Shown: positions 55,717-64,000 of the stretch, piece by piece
Layout of the letters: each line of letters begins with the position of its first letter
How positions within the stretch are numbered: the stretch's first letter is position 1
Program-made: the position numbers and the translations under genes
Notes under the pieces: model-generated
Database searches by the model: none
Told to the model about the DNA's origin: nothing
The model's input: only the letters and a program-made list of their open reading frames with translations
Sequence record: NC_005066.1
Length of the DNA stretch: 64,000 bases
DNA from: Escherichia phage RB49
Direction: 5' to 3' (one strand)

Positions 55717-58656
55717 ATGGCAGATTTAAGCAGAATCCAATTTAAACGCACTAGCACTAAAGGTCGTCGACCTGATGCTGGTACGATGAATCCGGGGGAA
55801 TTGGCAATCAACCTTGCGGATCAATATCTTCTTACTAAAAATGATTTCGGTGCTATTATCAATTTAAGTTGTCCTCCGGTTTATGACCGCGATGTTACAA
55901 TGGCAGGTAAGGTTAAAGGTAATAATTATATCTTAAGTAAAACCGCTAACTATCTGGAAGATCAGACAGCGCGAGATCTTAATTACTTTGGTGCTTTCCG
56001 TACCAATGGTCTTGATGGTCTTCTCGAACTCACGCTAAACGTTCCTCATTCTTCTGGTGTTCAGCATGGTCGAGGATTTACTTTCCAGTATGGACATACT
56101 GGATCACGAGTAGAAACCTATGGCTATAATAGAGAAGGTCAAAAAGCATTTAGTTATAAAATGTATCACGAAGGCGATAAACCTACACCATCGGAATTGA
56201 ACGTTTACAGCAAACAAGAAATTGACCGTATGTTTGTTAAGAACGTTAAAATGGTTGTTCCTTCTGGTGGTGCAACCCGTGGTTATTTTAAAATTGCATC
56301 CGCAATGATCCCGCAGAGTGGTCGGATGGTGTTTCTGCGAATCTATGATGGTAATGGATATAATGTAAACTCATATGATCAAGTTGATTTTCTTGAAATT
56401 GTTATTCGTAGTGGTAATAATAACCCTAAAGGTGTTAGTATTGCTGCTTATCGTCGAAATGCTCTGAACGTTCATCAAGTATTTGCGGTTAATACTTCCG
56501 GTGATAACTACGATATCTACGTTAACTACGGTCGTTACACCGATAACGTTATTGTCGAATACGGTAAAACTAATGATGTTACTCTGACAGTACATGATGT
56601 TCCTGAATTAACTCTCGTTAAACCTTCTGTTGGTGTTACCGATGCTCGTGTTATTACAATGTTCAACACCGAAAACAAAGCCGGAACGTTGATGTTTGAT
56701 AATAACCCGCAAGGGACTTACGATATTATCAGTTTGAGTAATGCTGCTGATAATAATAGAAATTATCTGCGTAAATTCCGAAGCAAAGCTAGTGAAATGG
56801 TTTGGCATGAAACCGTTCAGGGTGCTGTATATCGTCTTGCTACTGGTGCTACAGATTCTACAGAAGTTATTAGAATTGATTCTAATAGTGCAATACCGGG
56901 TAATTATAAAGGATATGTAATTACTGGTAAAATGGAATTGCACGGTAGTGGTAATGCGATGACTTTACATCGACAGACTGGTCAAGCTGCATATATGGCG
57001 TGGTGGGATCGTCGTGATGGTAAAAACCAACGTAGTGGTTATATCGGTCATGCGGATGGTACTAGTGATGGTTTTGTGTGGCGTAATGATGTTGGTGCTA
57101 ACTCATTTGATTTGGAAGGTAGTGGACAAGTAAATTTGACTACAGGAAAAACAAAAATTGTATATACCAATGGTCAATATTATTCCGCTAACGCCGATGC
57201 ATACCGTATGATCTTTGGTAATTACGGTGCATTCTGGCGTAATGACGGCACTAAAGTTTATCTTCTGTCTACTGCTGAAAATGATAAGTATGGTGGATGG
57301 AATGCCTATCGTCCATTCATTTATGATTTAACTTCCGGTAACGTTCAATTAGGCGGTGATGGTAACGAAGAAGCATTAACGTTAGAACGTGCTTCTCGTG
57401 CCGCTCGCTTTAGTAATGACGTTTACATTAAGAAAGGGCATTTGACTTTCGACGCTGGGCGATTAAATTCCCGCGATTACTTCCGGTTTAACCATTGGGG
57501 TGATAGTAATAATGCTCGTGATAACATCTTACAGCTTGACGATAGCAAGGGTGCTCATTTTACCACTGAACGTACTTTAGCAACTGGTGCAATTAAAACT
57601 AAATTCTTCGGTGATTTGGAATCTGCTGGTCAAATTAAATGGGGTAAAGGGACCGCCACATCTACGTTTACTCTACGTGTATGGGGTAACGATAGTCGTA
57701 AACAAATATTTGAATGCGGCGATGAAAGCGGGTGGCATTGGTATACCCAACGAGCGGGGGGTCCTGGTACAAATGAGATTATATTCAATGTTAACGGGAA
57801 ATTTCAATCTCGGGATTTTGAGACTTCCGGTAATATTAAGATAACTGGTCCAGACATTGAGTTTCGTCGCACTGGTAATAAGCACATCTGGTTTAGAGAT
57901 CCGAACGGTTTAGAATTAGGTTTGATGTACTGCGATGATGCTGGTGCTATTCGCTTCCGTGGTCAGAAACAAGCCCAGACGTGGAAACTTGCGGATAAGA
58001 TGATTCATCTTGAGGCGGGGACTGTCGGCGGATCTGATAAAGGTTTGATTCGTGGTAGTGTTGCTGGTGGTAGCTGGGCTAGCTGGCGTGATCGTTCTGC
58101 CGGAATCCTCGTAGACTGTCCTCAATCAACCGATTCCGCTCATAACATCTGGAAAGCGACTCATTGGGGAAAATATCATATTGCGGCAATGGGTGTACAC
58201 GTTCCTGGCGGCACTATAGGTAATGCTATAGCACGCCTAAACGTTAATGACGCAAACTTTGAATTTAGCGCCTCCGGTGACATGTCGGCAGGACGTAACG
58301 GTAGCTTTAACGATGTGTATATTCGTTCTGATGCTCGACTTAAAATCAATAAGGAAGAGTATAAAGAGAATGCCACCGATAAAGTTAATCGCTTGACTGT
58401 ATACACCTATGATAAGGTTAAATCTTTAACCGACCGTACTGTCATTGCCCACGAAGTTGGTATTATTGCACAGGATCTTGAGAAAGAATTGCCGGAAGCA
58501 GTAACAACTTCTAAGGTTGGCGATCCTGATAAGCCAGAAGAAATCTTAACAATTTCTAACTCTGCTGTCAACGCTCTTTTAATTAAGGCGTTCCAGGAAA
58601 TGAGCGAAGAACTTAAAGCCGTTAAAGCTGAACTAGAGGAACTTAAAAAGAATTAA
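55717..58656 (+). CDS. 37: gp37 long tail fibre distal subunit with C-terminal intramolecular chaperone (peptidase S74-like) domain
   Basis: 979 aa; N-terminus IQFKRTSTKGRRPDAGTMNPGELAINL parallels T4 gp37; C-terminal YIRSDARLKINKEEY ... coiled-coil tail matches the SDxRLK auto-cleaving chaperone motif. Confidence 0.75.
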   Translation: MADLSRIQFKRTSTKGRRPDAGTMNPGELAINLADQYLLTKNDFGAIINLSCPPVYDRDVTMAGKVKGNNYILSKTANYLEDQTARDLNYFGAFRTNGLDGLLELTLNVPHSSGVQHGRGFTFQYGHTGSRVETYGYNREGQKAFSYKMYHEGDKPTPSELNVYSKQEIDRMFVKNVKMVVPSGGATRGYFKIASAMIPQSGRMVFLRIYDGNGYNVNSYDQVDFLEIVIRSGNNNPKGVSIAAYRRNALNVHQVFAVNTSGDNYDIYVNYGRYTDNVIVEYGKTNDVTLTVHDVPELTLVKPSVGVTDARVITMFNTENKAGTLMFDNNPQGTYDIISLSNAADNNRNYLRKFRSKASEMVWHETVQGAVYRLATGATDSTEVIRIDSNSAIPGNYKGYVITGKMELHGSGNAMTLHRQTGQAAYMAWWDRRDGKNQRSGYIGHADGTSDGFVWRNDVGANSFDLEGSGQVNLTTGKTKIVYTNGQYYSANADAYRMIFGNYGAFWRNDGTKVYLLSTAENDKYGGWNAYRPFIYDLTSGNVQLGGDGNEEALTLERASRAARFSNDVYIKKGHLTFDAGRLNSRDYFRFNHWGDSNNARDNILQLDDSKGAHFTTERTLATGAIKTKFFGDLESAGQIKWGKGTATSTFTLRVWGNDSRKQIFECGDESGWHWYTQRAGGPGTNEIIFNVNGKFQSRDFETSGNIKITGPDIEFRRTGNKHIWFRDPNGLELGLMYCDDAGAIRFRGQKQAQTWKLADKMIHLEAGTVGGSDKGLIRGSVAGGSWASWRDRSAGILVDCPQSTDSAHNIWKATHWGKYHIAAMGVHVPGGTIGNAIARLNVNDANFEFSASGDMSAGRNGSFNDVYIRSDARLKINKEEYKENATDKVNRLTVYTYDKVKSLTDRTVIAHEVGIIAQDLEKELPEAVTTSKVGDPDKPEEILTISNSAVNALLIKAFQEMSEELKAVKAELEELKKN

Positions 58657-58698
58657 GGAAAATTCCCAGGGAAGGGAAACTACTAAGGAGAAACGGCT

Positions 58699-58938
58699 GT
58701 GGTCTATAATATCATCATTGGTGCTTTGTCTAATTTCGGAATGAAATTATTGTCAAAGTTAATTAGTGAAAAGATGCTCACTAAAATTTTCTTCTATTGC
58801 GCTCGTCGTCTTGCGGCTTATACCAATACGCCAATTGATGATCGTTTTGTGGAAGAACTTTATAAGGAGTTTAATAAAGATCAGTCAGAAGATAGTAACG
58901 AGCAAGATAAACCTAGTGATAGTCAACTACCTAAATAA
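58699..58938 (+). CDS. Small membrane protein in the gp38 position (GTG start)
   Basis: 79 aa; strong AAGGAG RBS 8 nt upstream of the GTG; hydrophobic N-terminus; sits between gene 37 and holin t. Confidence 0.45.
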   Translation: MVYNIIIGALSNFGMKLLSKLISEKMLTKIFFYCARRLAAYTNTPIDDRFVEELYKEFNKDQSEDSNEQDKPSDSQLPK

Positions 58939-58971
58939 GAGTACACTGTCATAGTTATCTTAGGGCATTAT

Positions 58972-59628
58972 ATGCAAGTTTCTGAAAAAGGGAAAGACTT
59001 TGCTATCTCAAATGTCCTGCGCGCTATTTTCACAACTAAAAGCACGGAGTTGCTCGTACTTCGTGTTTTTGCTGCCGTCGTGTTGTCCATATTAGCATTT
59101 GTCGTTTATAGTAAAAACGAGTTATTTGCGCTTTATAAAGAGACTCGTTATGAGACTTATGCTCACATTCTCCAGGTAGAGAAAGACCGCAATTTTGATA
59201 ATGCAGCACAGGAGCAGTTACAGATAGTTCATGTGTCGGCTGATGCCGATTTTTCTGCTGTTTTTAGTTTTCGTCCGAAAAACCTAAACTATTTTGTTGA
59301 TTTGGTGGCATATGAAGGAAAGCTACCGCACACAATCGATGAAAAAAATTTAGGCGGATTCCCTATCAATAAAACGAGTGAAGAATATCGTAGGCATCTT
59401 TTAGGTAAATCCTATTTTACCGATAAAGATTTCCAGTATATTCCATCAAGAGAAAAGAAATTAGAGAATATCGATATAGGTTTCATGTATTCTTGTCCTA
59501 TATTCAATCTCGATAATGTCTATTCTGGTAGTATCGCCATTTCATGGAAGAATAAACCGGATATTGACATTGAGAATTTAGATACTCTTTGCAATCAATC
59601 TGCCAGAATCCTCGGAAGGATTAGATAA
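58972..59628 (+). CDS. t: Holin T
   Basis: 218 aa; QLQIVHVSADADFSAVFSFRPKNLNYFVDLVAYEGKLP ... MYSCPIFNLDNVY ... ARILGR matches T4 holin as recalled. Confidence 0.85.
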   Translation: MQVSEKGKDFAISNVLRAIFTTKSTELLVLRVFAAVVLSILAFVVYSKNELFALYKETRYETYAHILQVEKDRNFDNAAQEQLQIVHVSADADFSAVFSFRPKNLNYFVDLVAYEGKLPHTIDEKNLGGFPINKTSEEYRRHLLGKSYFTDKDFQYIPSREKKLENIDIGFMYSCPIFNLDNVYSGSIAISWKNKPDIDIENLDTLCNQSARILGRIR

Positions 59629-59633
59629 CTTAA

Positions 59634-59657
59634 AGGGGAAGCCTTTCGGCCTCCCCT
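59634..59657. terminator. Bidirectional rho-independent terminator
   Basis: aggggaagcc-tttc-ggcctcccct followed by TCTTTTTATT; between the convergent t and 59663..59911 genes. Confidence 0.6.
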
Positions 59658-59662
59658 TCTTT

Positions 59663-59911
59663 TTATTGGCGCATAGAAGCCCCTGAATCGCATTTTGACG
59701 CTGTATGATGAAAACAGGTAGCGTACCAGTCATCGGCTTGTTTGTCTTCGTCAGAAAACGCGTAATTTCGTTGTATGCCGTTTTCTACTTTGACAAGTGC
59801 AATAGCTGTTTCTGGAAGATCAATCAATCGGACAAAATCACCATCTTCCCACTCTACACGAGCAATATCATAGCCCATCTCAAAGTATACAATCGCTTGT
59901 TCTAATTTCAT
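59663..59911 (-). CDS. Hypothetical protein
   Basis: 82 aa ORF. Confidence 0.45.
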   Translation of the reverse strand: MKLEQAIVYFEMGYDIARVEWEDGDFVRLIDLPETAIALVKVENGIQRNYAFSDEDKQADDWYATCFHHTASKCDSGASMRQ

Positions 59912-60237
59912 TCTGGAAACTTCCCGTAAACATTCTCTGCCAGCTTACGTGCATCTTTTACAATATCTTTCATATAATGACTATAATTTTTAGCTAGATC
60001 AATGATGCAATCAACAAAGAAGTAATAGCGTCGCAGTGCTACCAGCTCAACATCTTCAAGATGACCATTTTCTCCAATCGCTGAAATATGTTTAAATTCC
60101 TTTCGGATCGCGTCCATCGCTACATTAACTTCTTTTATAATATCTTTCGTATTATATGCACCTCGACTAATCAAAATTTTGGTTAGGTCTTCTGCTTTTT
60201 CATGAAAGTTGTCAATTTCAAACTCGATCATAATCAC
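59908..60237 (-). CDS. Hypothetical protein, paralogue of 60346..60678
   Basis: 109 aa; C-terminal ENVYGKF parallels ENIFGKF in the next gene. Confidence 0.45.
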   Translation of the reverse strand: MIMIEFEIDNFHEKAEDLTKILISRGAYNTKDIIKEVNVAMDAIRKEFKHISAIGENGHLEDVELVALRRYYFFVDCIIDLAKNYSHYMKDIVKDARKLAENVYGKFPE

Positions 60238-60345
60238 CTCTCATAGTTTCACGCTGTTGTGTCAACATTTTTTCGTGGTTTACTAATTCTATACATTGTA
60301 ATAGCATAACCAGTGAAATTTTCAATGATTCATCATCTTTCATAA

Positions 60346-60678
60346 TCAAAATTTACCGAAAATATTCTCTGTCATAATTCTTGCTTCGTCGATTATTTTC
60401 GTCATGTTCATGGTGTAGTTATGACCATTTAGTGCCTTAATAACAACGAGCAAGGAATCTAAAAACACTCGATACCGGGTATATTCTACGCTATTTGTGA
60501 ATACCGATGTTTTCTCTACTTTATCGATCAGATAGCCTAAAGCCGATAGCGCCTCGTTTACTTCCCTTGTTACTTTATCGGCGCTAAACAACACCGGATA
60601 AAGACGCGGTGTGATTAACCGCGCTGCCTCTTTCAATTCGGTCGCTTTCCATGATTCATATTTGTCATAGTTAAACAT
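60346..60678 (-). CDS. Hypothetical protein, paralogue of 59908..60237
   Basis: 110 aa ORF. Confidence 0.45.
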   Translation of the reverse strand: MFNYDKYESWKATELKEAARLITPRLYPVLFSADKVTREVNEALSALGYLIDKVEKTSVFTNSVEYTRYRVFLDSLLVVIKALNGHNYTMNMTKIIDEARIMTENIFGKF

Positions 60679-60690
60679 TGTATAGTCCCC

Positions 60691-61023
60691 TTACAGATGA
60701 AAACCTGTTACGATCACCGCATCGATCATACCGCTAGGAATAAACGGTTCACCCTCTTTTATTTCAACTTTGAATTGATGCCATTTCGCTAATACTTCTT
60801 CCGGTACACCCAGCGATTCGGCGTCTGCTTTAGTTTCATCCATAATCCAACTAGGCTGCATGAGAGCATAGTTTACATAGTCCATTTCTGGGGTCATGTC
60901 ATCAATGTTAATATATTTGCAGTTGACGCGTTTCAGAATTTCAAATTCTTTATTGTCAACCTGTACCATGTATAATTCAGTAGTTTCTGGAATCAGTTCC
61001 CACACAATCAGTACATTTTTCAT
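60691..61023 (-). CDS. Hypothetical protein
   Basis: 110 aa ORF. Confidence 0.45.
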   Translation of the reverse strand: MKNVLIVWELIPETTELYMVQVDNKEFEILKRVNCKYINIDDMTPEMDYVNYALMQPSWIMDETKADAESLGVPEEVLAKWHQFKVEIKEGEPFIPSGMIDAVIVTGFHL

Positions 61024-61031
61024 AGTTCACC

Positions 61032-61400
61032 TCACTTAACAAAGATTTTCTTTAATGCTTTCAGGATCGTTGCTTCCGGCGCTTCTTCCGGTGGAGGAAG
61101 CAATTCTACCACTTCCTCTTCCAACTCGATATAGTCTACCAGATATTCTACATAGAATGCAAGTGCTTCCATGAAATTAGATGCTACATCCGATTCACCA
61201 CAAGCGCCTACATGCATTGTATAAACATCACTGCGATCAAGTTTGTGGATGCTTCCCAGATAGTTTCGGTTATACCAGACTTCCCACACTTTCAACTTTC
61301 CGGTTTTTGTTGATGTTTTATAATCGGTTTCGTAATGATGCAATTGACGTTGCAGATCATTGATAATAACACATTTTTCGTAATTGTTTTGAATTTCCAT
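61032..61400 (-). CDS. Hypothetical protein
   Basis: 122 aa ORF. Confidence 0.45.
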   Translation of the reverse strand: MEIQNNYEKCVIINDLQRQLHHYETDYKTSTKTGKLKVWEVWYNRNYLGSIHKLDRSDVYTMHVGACGESDVASNFMEALAFYVEYLVDYIELEEEVVELLPPPEEAPEATILKALKKIFVK

Positions 61401-61410
61401 GATGCAATCC

Positions 61411-61602
61411 TCACTTATCGTTCAGAAGTTCTAAAACTTTCTGTCGTACTTTGTCAATATTAGTTGATTCAAAAACTGTACGGTATCCCCAGCTTTGACC
61501 GTATGATCGCGAGCAATCCCCATATCCCCATTGTTCAATCTGATAGTATTCAAGGAATGGGTGCTGCCGAACTATGATACCATCGCGATTAAAAATTACC
61601 AT
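61411..61602 (-). CDS. Hypothetical small protein
   Basis: 63 aa ORF. Confidence 0.4.
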   Translation of the reverse strand: MVIFNRDGIIVRQHPFLEYYQIEQWGYGDCSRSYGQSWGYRTVFESTNIDKVRQKVLELLNDK

Positions 61603-61625
61603 AATATAATCCTCACGTCAACAAC

Positions 61626-61913
61626 TTATTTTCGGTTGTGGTCACGATATGTTTTAAAATATCCCTCGTACCACGGTAAAATATCTGGATTTTTACCACT
61701 ATACAGACCTTTAACCATCATGTCAATAAGGCCATCTGGTGTTTGATAGTTTCCAGCTTTTATAAGCTCTCTGATTAAAATCTCTCTGTATATGTCTTTC
61801 GGATCTTCGTAATCAACTTGTATTGTGGTTGTGGTCTCATTCAATTTGGTTTCTGGAGTATCTCGCATCGCATCCCACCAATCTTTTGTGATCTTCATGT
61901 TATTGAATTGCAT
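61626..61913 (-). CDS. Hypothetical protein
   Basis: 95 aa ORF. Confidence 0.45.
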   Translation of the reverse strand: MQFNNMKITKDWWDAMRDTPETKLNETTTTIQVDYEDPKDIYREILIRELIKAGNYQTPDGLIDMMVKGLYSGKNPDILPWYEGYFKTYRDHNRK

Positions 61914-61924
61914 AATTTAACCTC

Positions 61925-62683
61925 TTACTTGCAAACGTATTGATCTACATCAATTGCGCCACCGAATGTAGGATGACGTTTTTCGAATCGAATAGTTCCG
62001 TCGTTTGGTTCGAAAACGGAGTATTCATATAGATCTTTCTTGCCAACATTCTTATAAAACCCGCCTTTAGTCATAACGGTTTCTTGTACGTTTGCTTTGT
62101 GTACGTTGTATTCATCAATGTATACAAAATCAACCATCTTCCCATTTTTAATGGTTACTTTAAGATCTCCTGGTTGGTTTCCATATTTTGCATACAGTGG
62201 AGCTTCTTTAATTTTGGTGGAAATTCCATCTTTCATACTCCACTCATAACGAACGGTGCATTGATAGGTAAAAGTTTCGACCTTCGGTTCTTCCACCACT
62301 TTTTCTTCCTGTTTCGGTTGTTCTTCTTCAACCTTCGCAGAAGTCTCTGAATCGCTTTCTGACGCGGTTTCTTCTTTAGGTAATACATTCATCAAGTTTT
62401 GGATTTGAGCGTTGTATACAGCCTCCAGTGGCTGAATCTGCCCGATATTGATCATTGTATCACGAACAGTTTTATTCCAGTTGCGTTGCTCTTGTTTAAG
62501 CGACGGGTCAATCTTAACAGCCTTAACATATACTTCATGAAGTTTAGAATCAAGTGCGGAGATAGACTCATTAGCACAAATAAACTTCTCTGATTTGGTA
62601 GTAGCTTTAGCGCAATCAAAGGACGCAGCGTTAGCACCGAAAGCAGTAGCAGAAAGAACGATAGCAGCGATAATGTTTTTCAT
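61925..62683 (-). CDS. Secreted LprI-like (DUF1311) protein with Cys-containing C-terminal beta domain
   Basis: 252 aa; signal peptide MKNIIAAIVLSATAFGANA; FDCAKATTKSEKFICANESISALDSKLHEVY ... QRNWNKTVRD matches the DUF1311 pattern. Confidence 0.5.
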   Translation of the reverse strand: MKNIIAAIVLSATAFGANAASFDCAKATTKSEKFICANESISALDSKLHEVYVKAVKIDPSLKQEQRNWNKTVRDTMINIGQIQPLEAVYNAQIQNLMNVLPKEETASESDSETSAKVEEEQPKQEEKVVEEPKVETFTYQCTVRYEWSMKDGISTKIKEAPLYAKYGNQPGDLKVTIKNGKMVDFVYIDEYNVHKANVQETVMTKGGFYKNVGKKDLYEYSVFEPNDGTIRFEKRHPTFGGAIDVDQYVCK

Positions 62684-62746
62684 AATATATTCCTCATTGT
62701 TTTGTCTTGATGGGAGTATCTTACTACTCCCTTAATCCGGTGTCAA
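62684..62746 (-). promoter_or_regulatory. Early promoter cassette, GGGAGTA class
   Basis: TTGACA-17 bp-TAAGAT with GGGAGTAGTAAGATACTCCC inverted repeat. Confidence 0.5.
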
Positions 62747-62753
62747 CTACTTT

Positions 62754-62909
62754 TTAAATTTCTTCTACAGTAAAGTCTTCAATGTTGTTGTGCTCGGCGA
62801 ACGTTGCCAGACCAGCATTCCATGCATCATCCTCAGAGAAGAATACACCGTAACGTTCATATCCTTTAGCGCCTTCAAATTTAACCATTAATTTGTGAGT
62901 ATGTTTCAT
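62754..62909 (-). CDS. Hypothetical small protein
   Basis: 51 aa from the internal Met (MKHTHKLMVKFEG...) of the listed ORF; GGAGAATC RBS. Confidence 0.45.
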   Translation of the reverse strand: MKHTHKLMVKFEGAKGYERYGVFFSEDDAWNAGLATFAEHNNIEDFTVEEI

Positions 62910-62969
62910 TTTGATTCTCCTTCGTTGTCTTGATGAGTTTAGTATAGGGGATCGCCGATCCCCTGTCAA
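62910..62969 (-). promoter_or_regulatory. Early promoter cassette with palindromic spacer
   Basis: TTGACA-GGGGATCGGCGATCCCC-TATACT. Confidence 0.6.
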
Positions 62970-62979
62970 CAACTATTTT

Positions 62980-63192
62980 TTAATTTTTACCCGCTCGTGC
63001 ATTAATACGCATTTTCTGCATAGCCATGATCTGGTTTACTGCTTCTTCTTTACGTTCTTGCGTGATAACGTGACCAGATTCCGCAAACTCTCCCGCAACT
63101 TCTTCTACGATCTCGCGAACTTGAGAACGTCCAAAGATGCGGTTTCCTTCGTAGCTCATAAATTCAGTCACTACTTGCTCGATAGATTTCAT
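62980..63192 (-). CDS. Hypothetical small protein
   Basis: 70 aa from the internal Met (MKSIEQVVTEF...) of the listed ORF. Confidence 0.45.
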   Translation of the reverse strand: MKSIEQVVTEFMSYEGNRIFGRSQVREIVEEVAGEFAESGHVITQERKEEAVNQIMAMQKMRINARAGKN

Positions 63193-63253
63193 GTGATTCT
63201 CCTTCTTTCGTTTGGTATGGGAGTATAATACTACTCCCATTTCTTTACGTCAA
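63193..63253 (-). promoter_or_regulatory. Early promoter cassette, GGGAGTA class
   Basis: TTGACg ... GGGAGTAGTATTATACTCCC ... leader. Confidence 0.5.
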
Positions 63254-63256
63254 CAA

Positions 63257-63487
63257 CTATTTTAAATTATTTTCGACCTTCACCCATTCCGCGTATTCTT
63301 GCGCGGCTACTTTCGGATTTAGTCCGTCTTCGTACATTGCATCAAGTAATTCTTTGTCGGTGGGCTTATACCCTAGATAAGCCTCCACCTGATTTTTCCA
63401 AATTTTATACCAGTTCATATTATCACCAGTCAAGAGCGCGTGTCTCTGCGTCTTCCCATGCTTGATCCATAACAGCCTTGAAAACAT
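63257..63487 (-). CDS. Hypothetical small protein (start may be the internal Met at 63418)
   Basis: 76 aa ORF; upstream part overlaps the 63423..63695 gene. Confidence 0.4.
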   Translation of the reverse strand: MFSRLLWIKHGKTQRHALLTGDNMNWYKIWKNQVEAYLGYKPTDKELLDAMYEDGLNPKVAAQEYAEWVKVENNLK

Positions 63488-63695
63488 ATTCTAAAGTATC
63501 ATCTTTAGAGAATCCGAAGACCTTAGACGGAATATCTTCAATTGCTACTCCCGCAACTTCTGCATTACGCGCTTGGCAATAATGCAACTCTAAGTTATCG
63601 AGATAGCGACCGCCTAATTTCTCCATATCATCCCAGCATTTCCAGTAGCCTACTTTATCTGCAATTGCTAACACTTTGCTGTTTTTGTTGCTCAT
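63423..63695 (-). CDS. Hypothetical protein
   Basis: 90 aa from the internal Met (MSNKNSKVLAIADKV...) with GGAGAATC RBS and promoter cassette upstream. Confidence 0.5.
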   Translation of the reverse strand: MSNKNSKVLAIADKVGYWKCWDDMEKLGGRYLDNLELHYCQARNAEVAGVAIEDIPSKVFGFSKDDTLEYVFKAVMDQAWEDAETRALDW

Positions 63696-63755
63696 CTTTG
63701 ATTCTCCTTTTGTCTGGTATGGGTGTATTATGTAGTGTTGGATTCTGTAAGTCAA
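63696..63755 (-). promoter_or_regulatory. Early promoter cassette
   Basis: TTGACt ... CATAAT ... ACACCCATACCAGACAAAAGGAG leader. Confidence 0.5.
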
Positions 63756-63793
63756 CAACTTTTTAAAATAAAAAGCCGACCACAAGGATCGGC

Positions 63794-63814
63794 TTAATAA
63801 TCAGTTACTTACTA
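63794..63814 (-). terminator. Stem-loop terminator upstream of the promoter cassette
   Basis: gccgacc-acaag-gatcggc imperfect hairpin with T-run on the minus strand, just below the stop of the partial gene. Confidence 0.45.
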
Positions 63815-63824
63815 AATTTCTTTT

Positions 63825-64000
63825 TGGCTTCGTCTACCGCATGAGATGCCAGTACCGCAGCCGCATGTGCACTTTTATCTGTGTTGCAGAGAACGCCCAG
63901 ATAAACATCACGCCAAAGTTTAATCATCTCGTAGATCATATCAATATCATTTTCTTGTTTGTTGGCGATGCTATTCGTCGTTATCTGGTAAGGTAACGGC
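63825..64000 (-). CDS. Hypothetical protein, 3' part only (start outside window)
   Basis: Open minus-strand frame from the window edge to a TAA at 63825..63827, hand-translated (...IKLWRDVYLGVLCNTDKSAHAAAVLASHAVDEAKKKFSK). Confidence 0.4.

Noticed and set aside
60260-60265. TTGACA hexamers at 60260..60265 and 61617..61622 resembling cassette -35 boxes
   Set aside because: They lie only about 25 bp from, or inside, the adjacent start codon with no -10 box at the correct spacing, so they are unlikely to be functional promoters for those genes.

Overview
This window reads as a contiguous segment of a T4-like (Tevenvirinae-type) myovirus genome, identified from protein motifs and T4 gene order recalled from memory; no database search was possible. 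Order: 3' end of a gp23/gp24-family capsid gene; hoc and an inh-like gene; uvsW, uvsW.1, uvsY; baseplate hub/tail-tube genes 25-26-51-27-28-29-48-54; an alt locus with a second, shorter ADP-ribosyltransferase; a ~9 kb hyperplastic early region (about 18.5-27.3 kb) of small minus-strand genes driven by repeated sigma70-like promoter cassettes; then DNA ligase (30), a NADAR-domain gene, 31, cd, pseT, a putative spanin pair, rnlA, denA, nrdB, nrdA, td (with a ~130 aa insertion), frd, 32, 59, 33, dsbA, a CYTH-domain gene, rnh, long tail fibre genes 34-35-36-37 and holin t, followed by more small early genes. The best candidates for undescribed biology are an operon encoding a DUF262/ParB-like protein, a zinc-ribbon protein and a compact C5-cytosine-methyltransferase-like protein; a six-member paralogous family of ~100 aa proteins sharing an HxHW...LAVDV signature; and the promoter cassettes themselves, which carry palindromic spacers and a conserved leader. 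Other accessory genes of interest are NADAR, CYTH, a SLOG/DprA-like protein, an LprI-like secreted protein, and a gp37 ending in an intramolecular-chaperone domain with no gp38 homologue.
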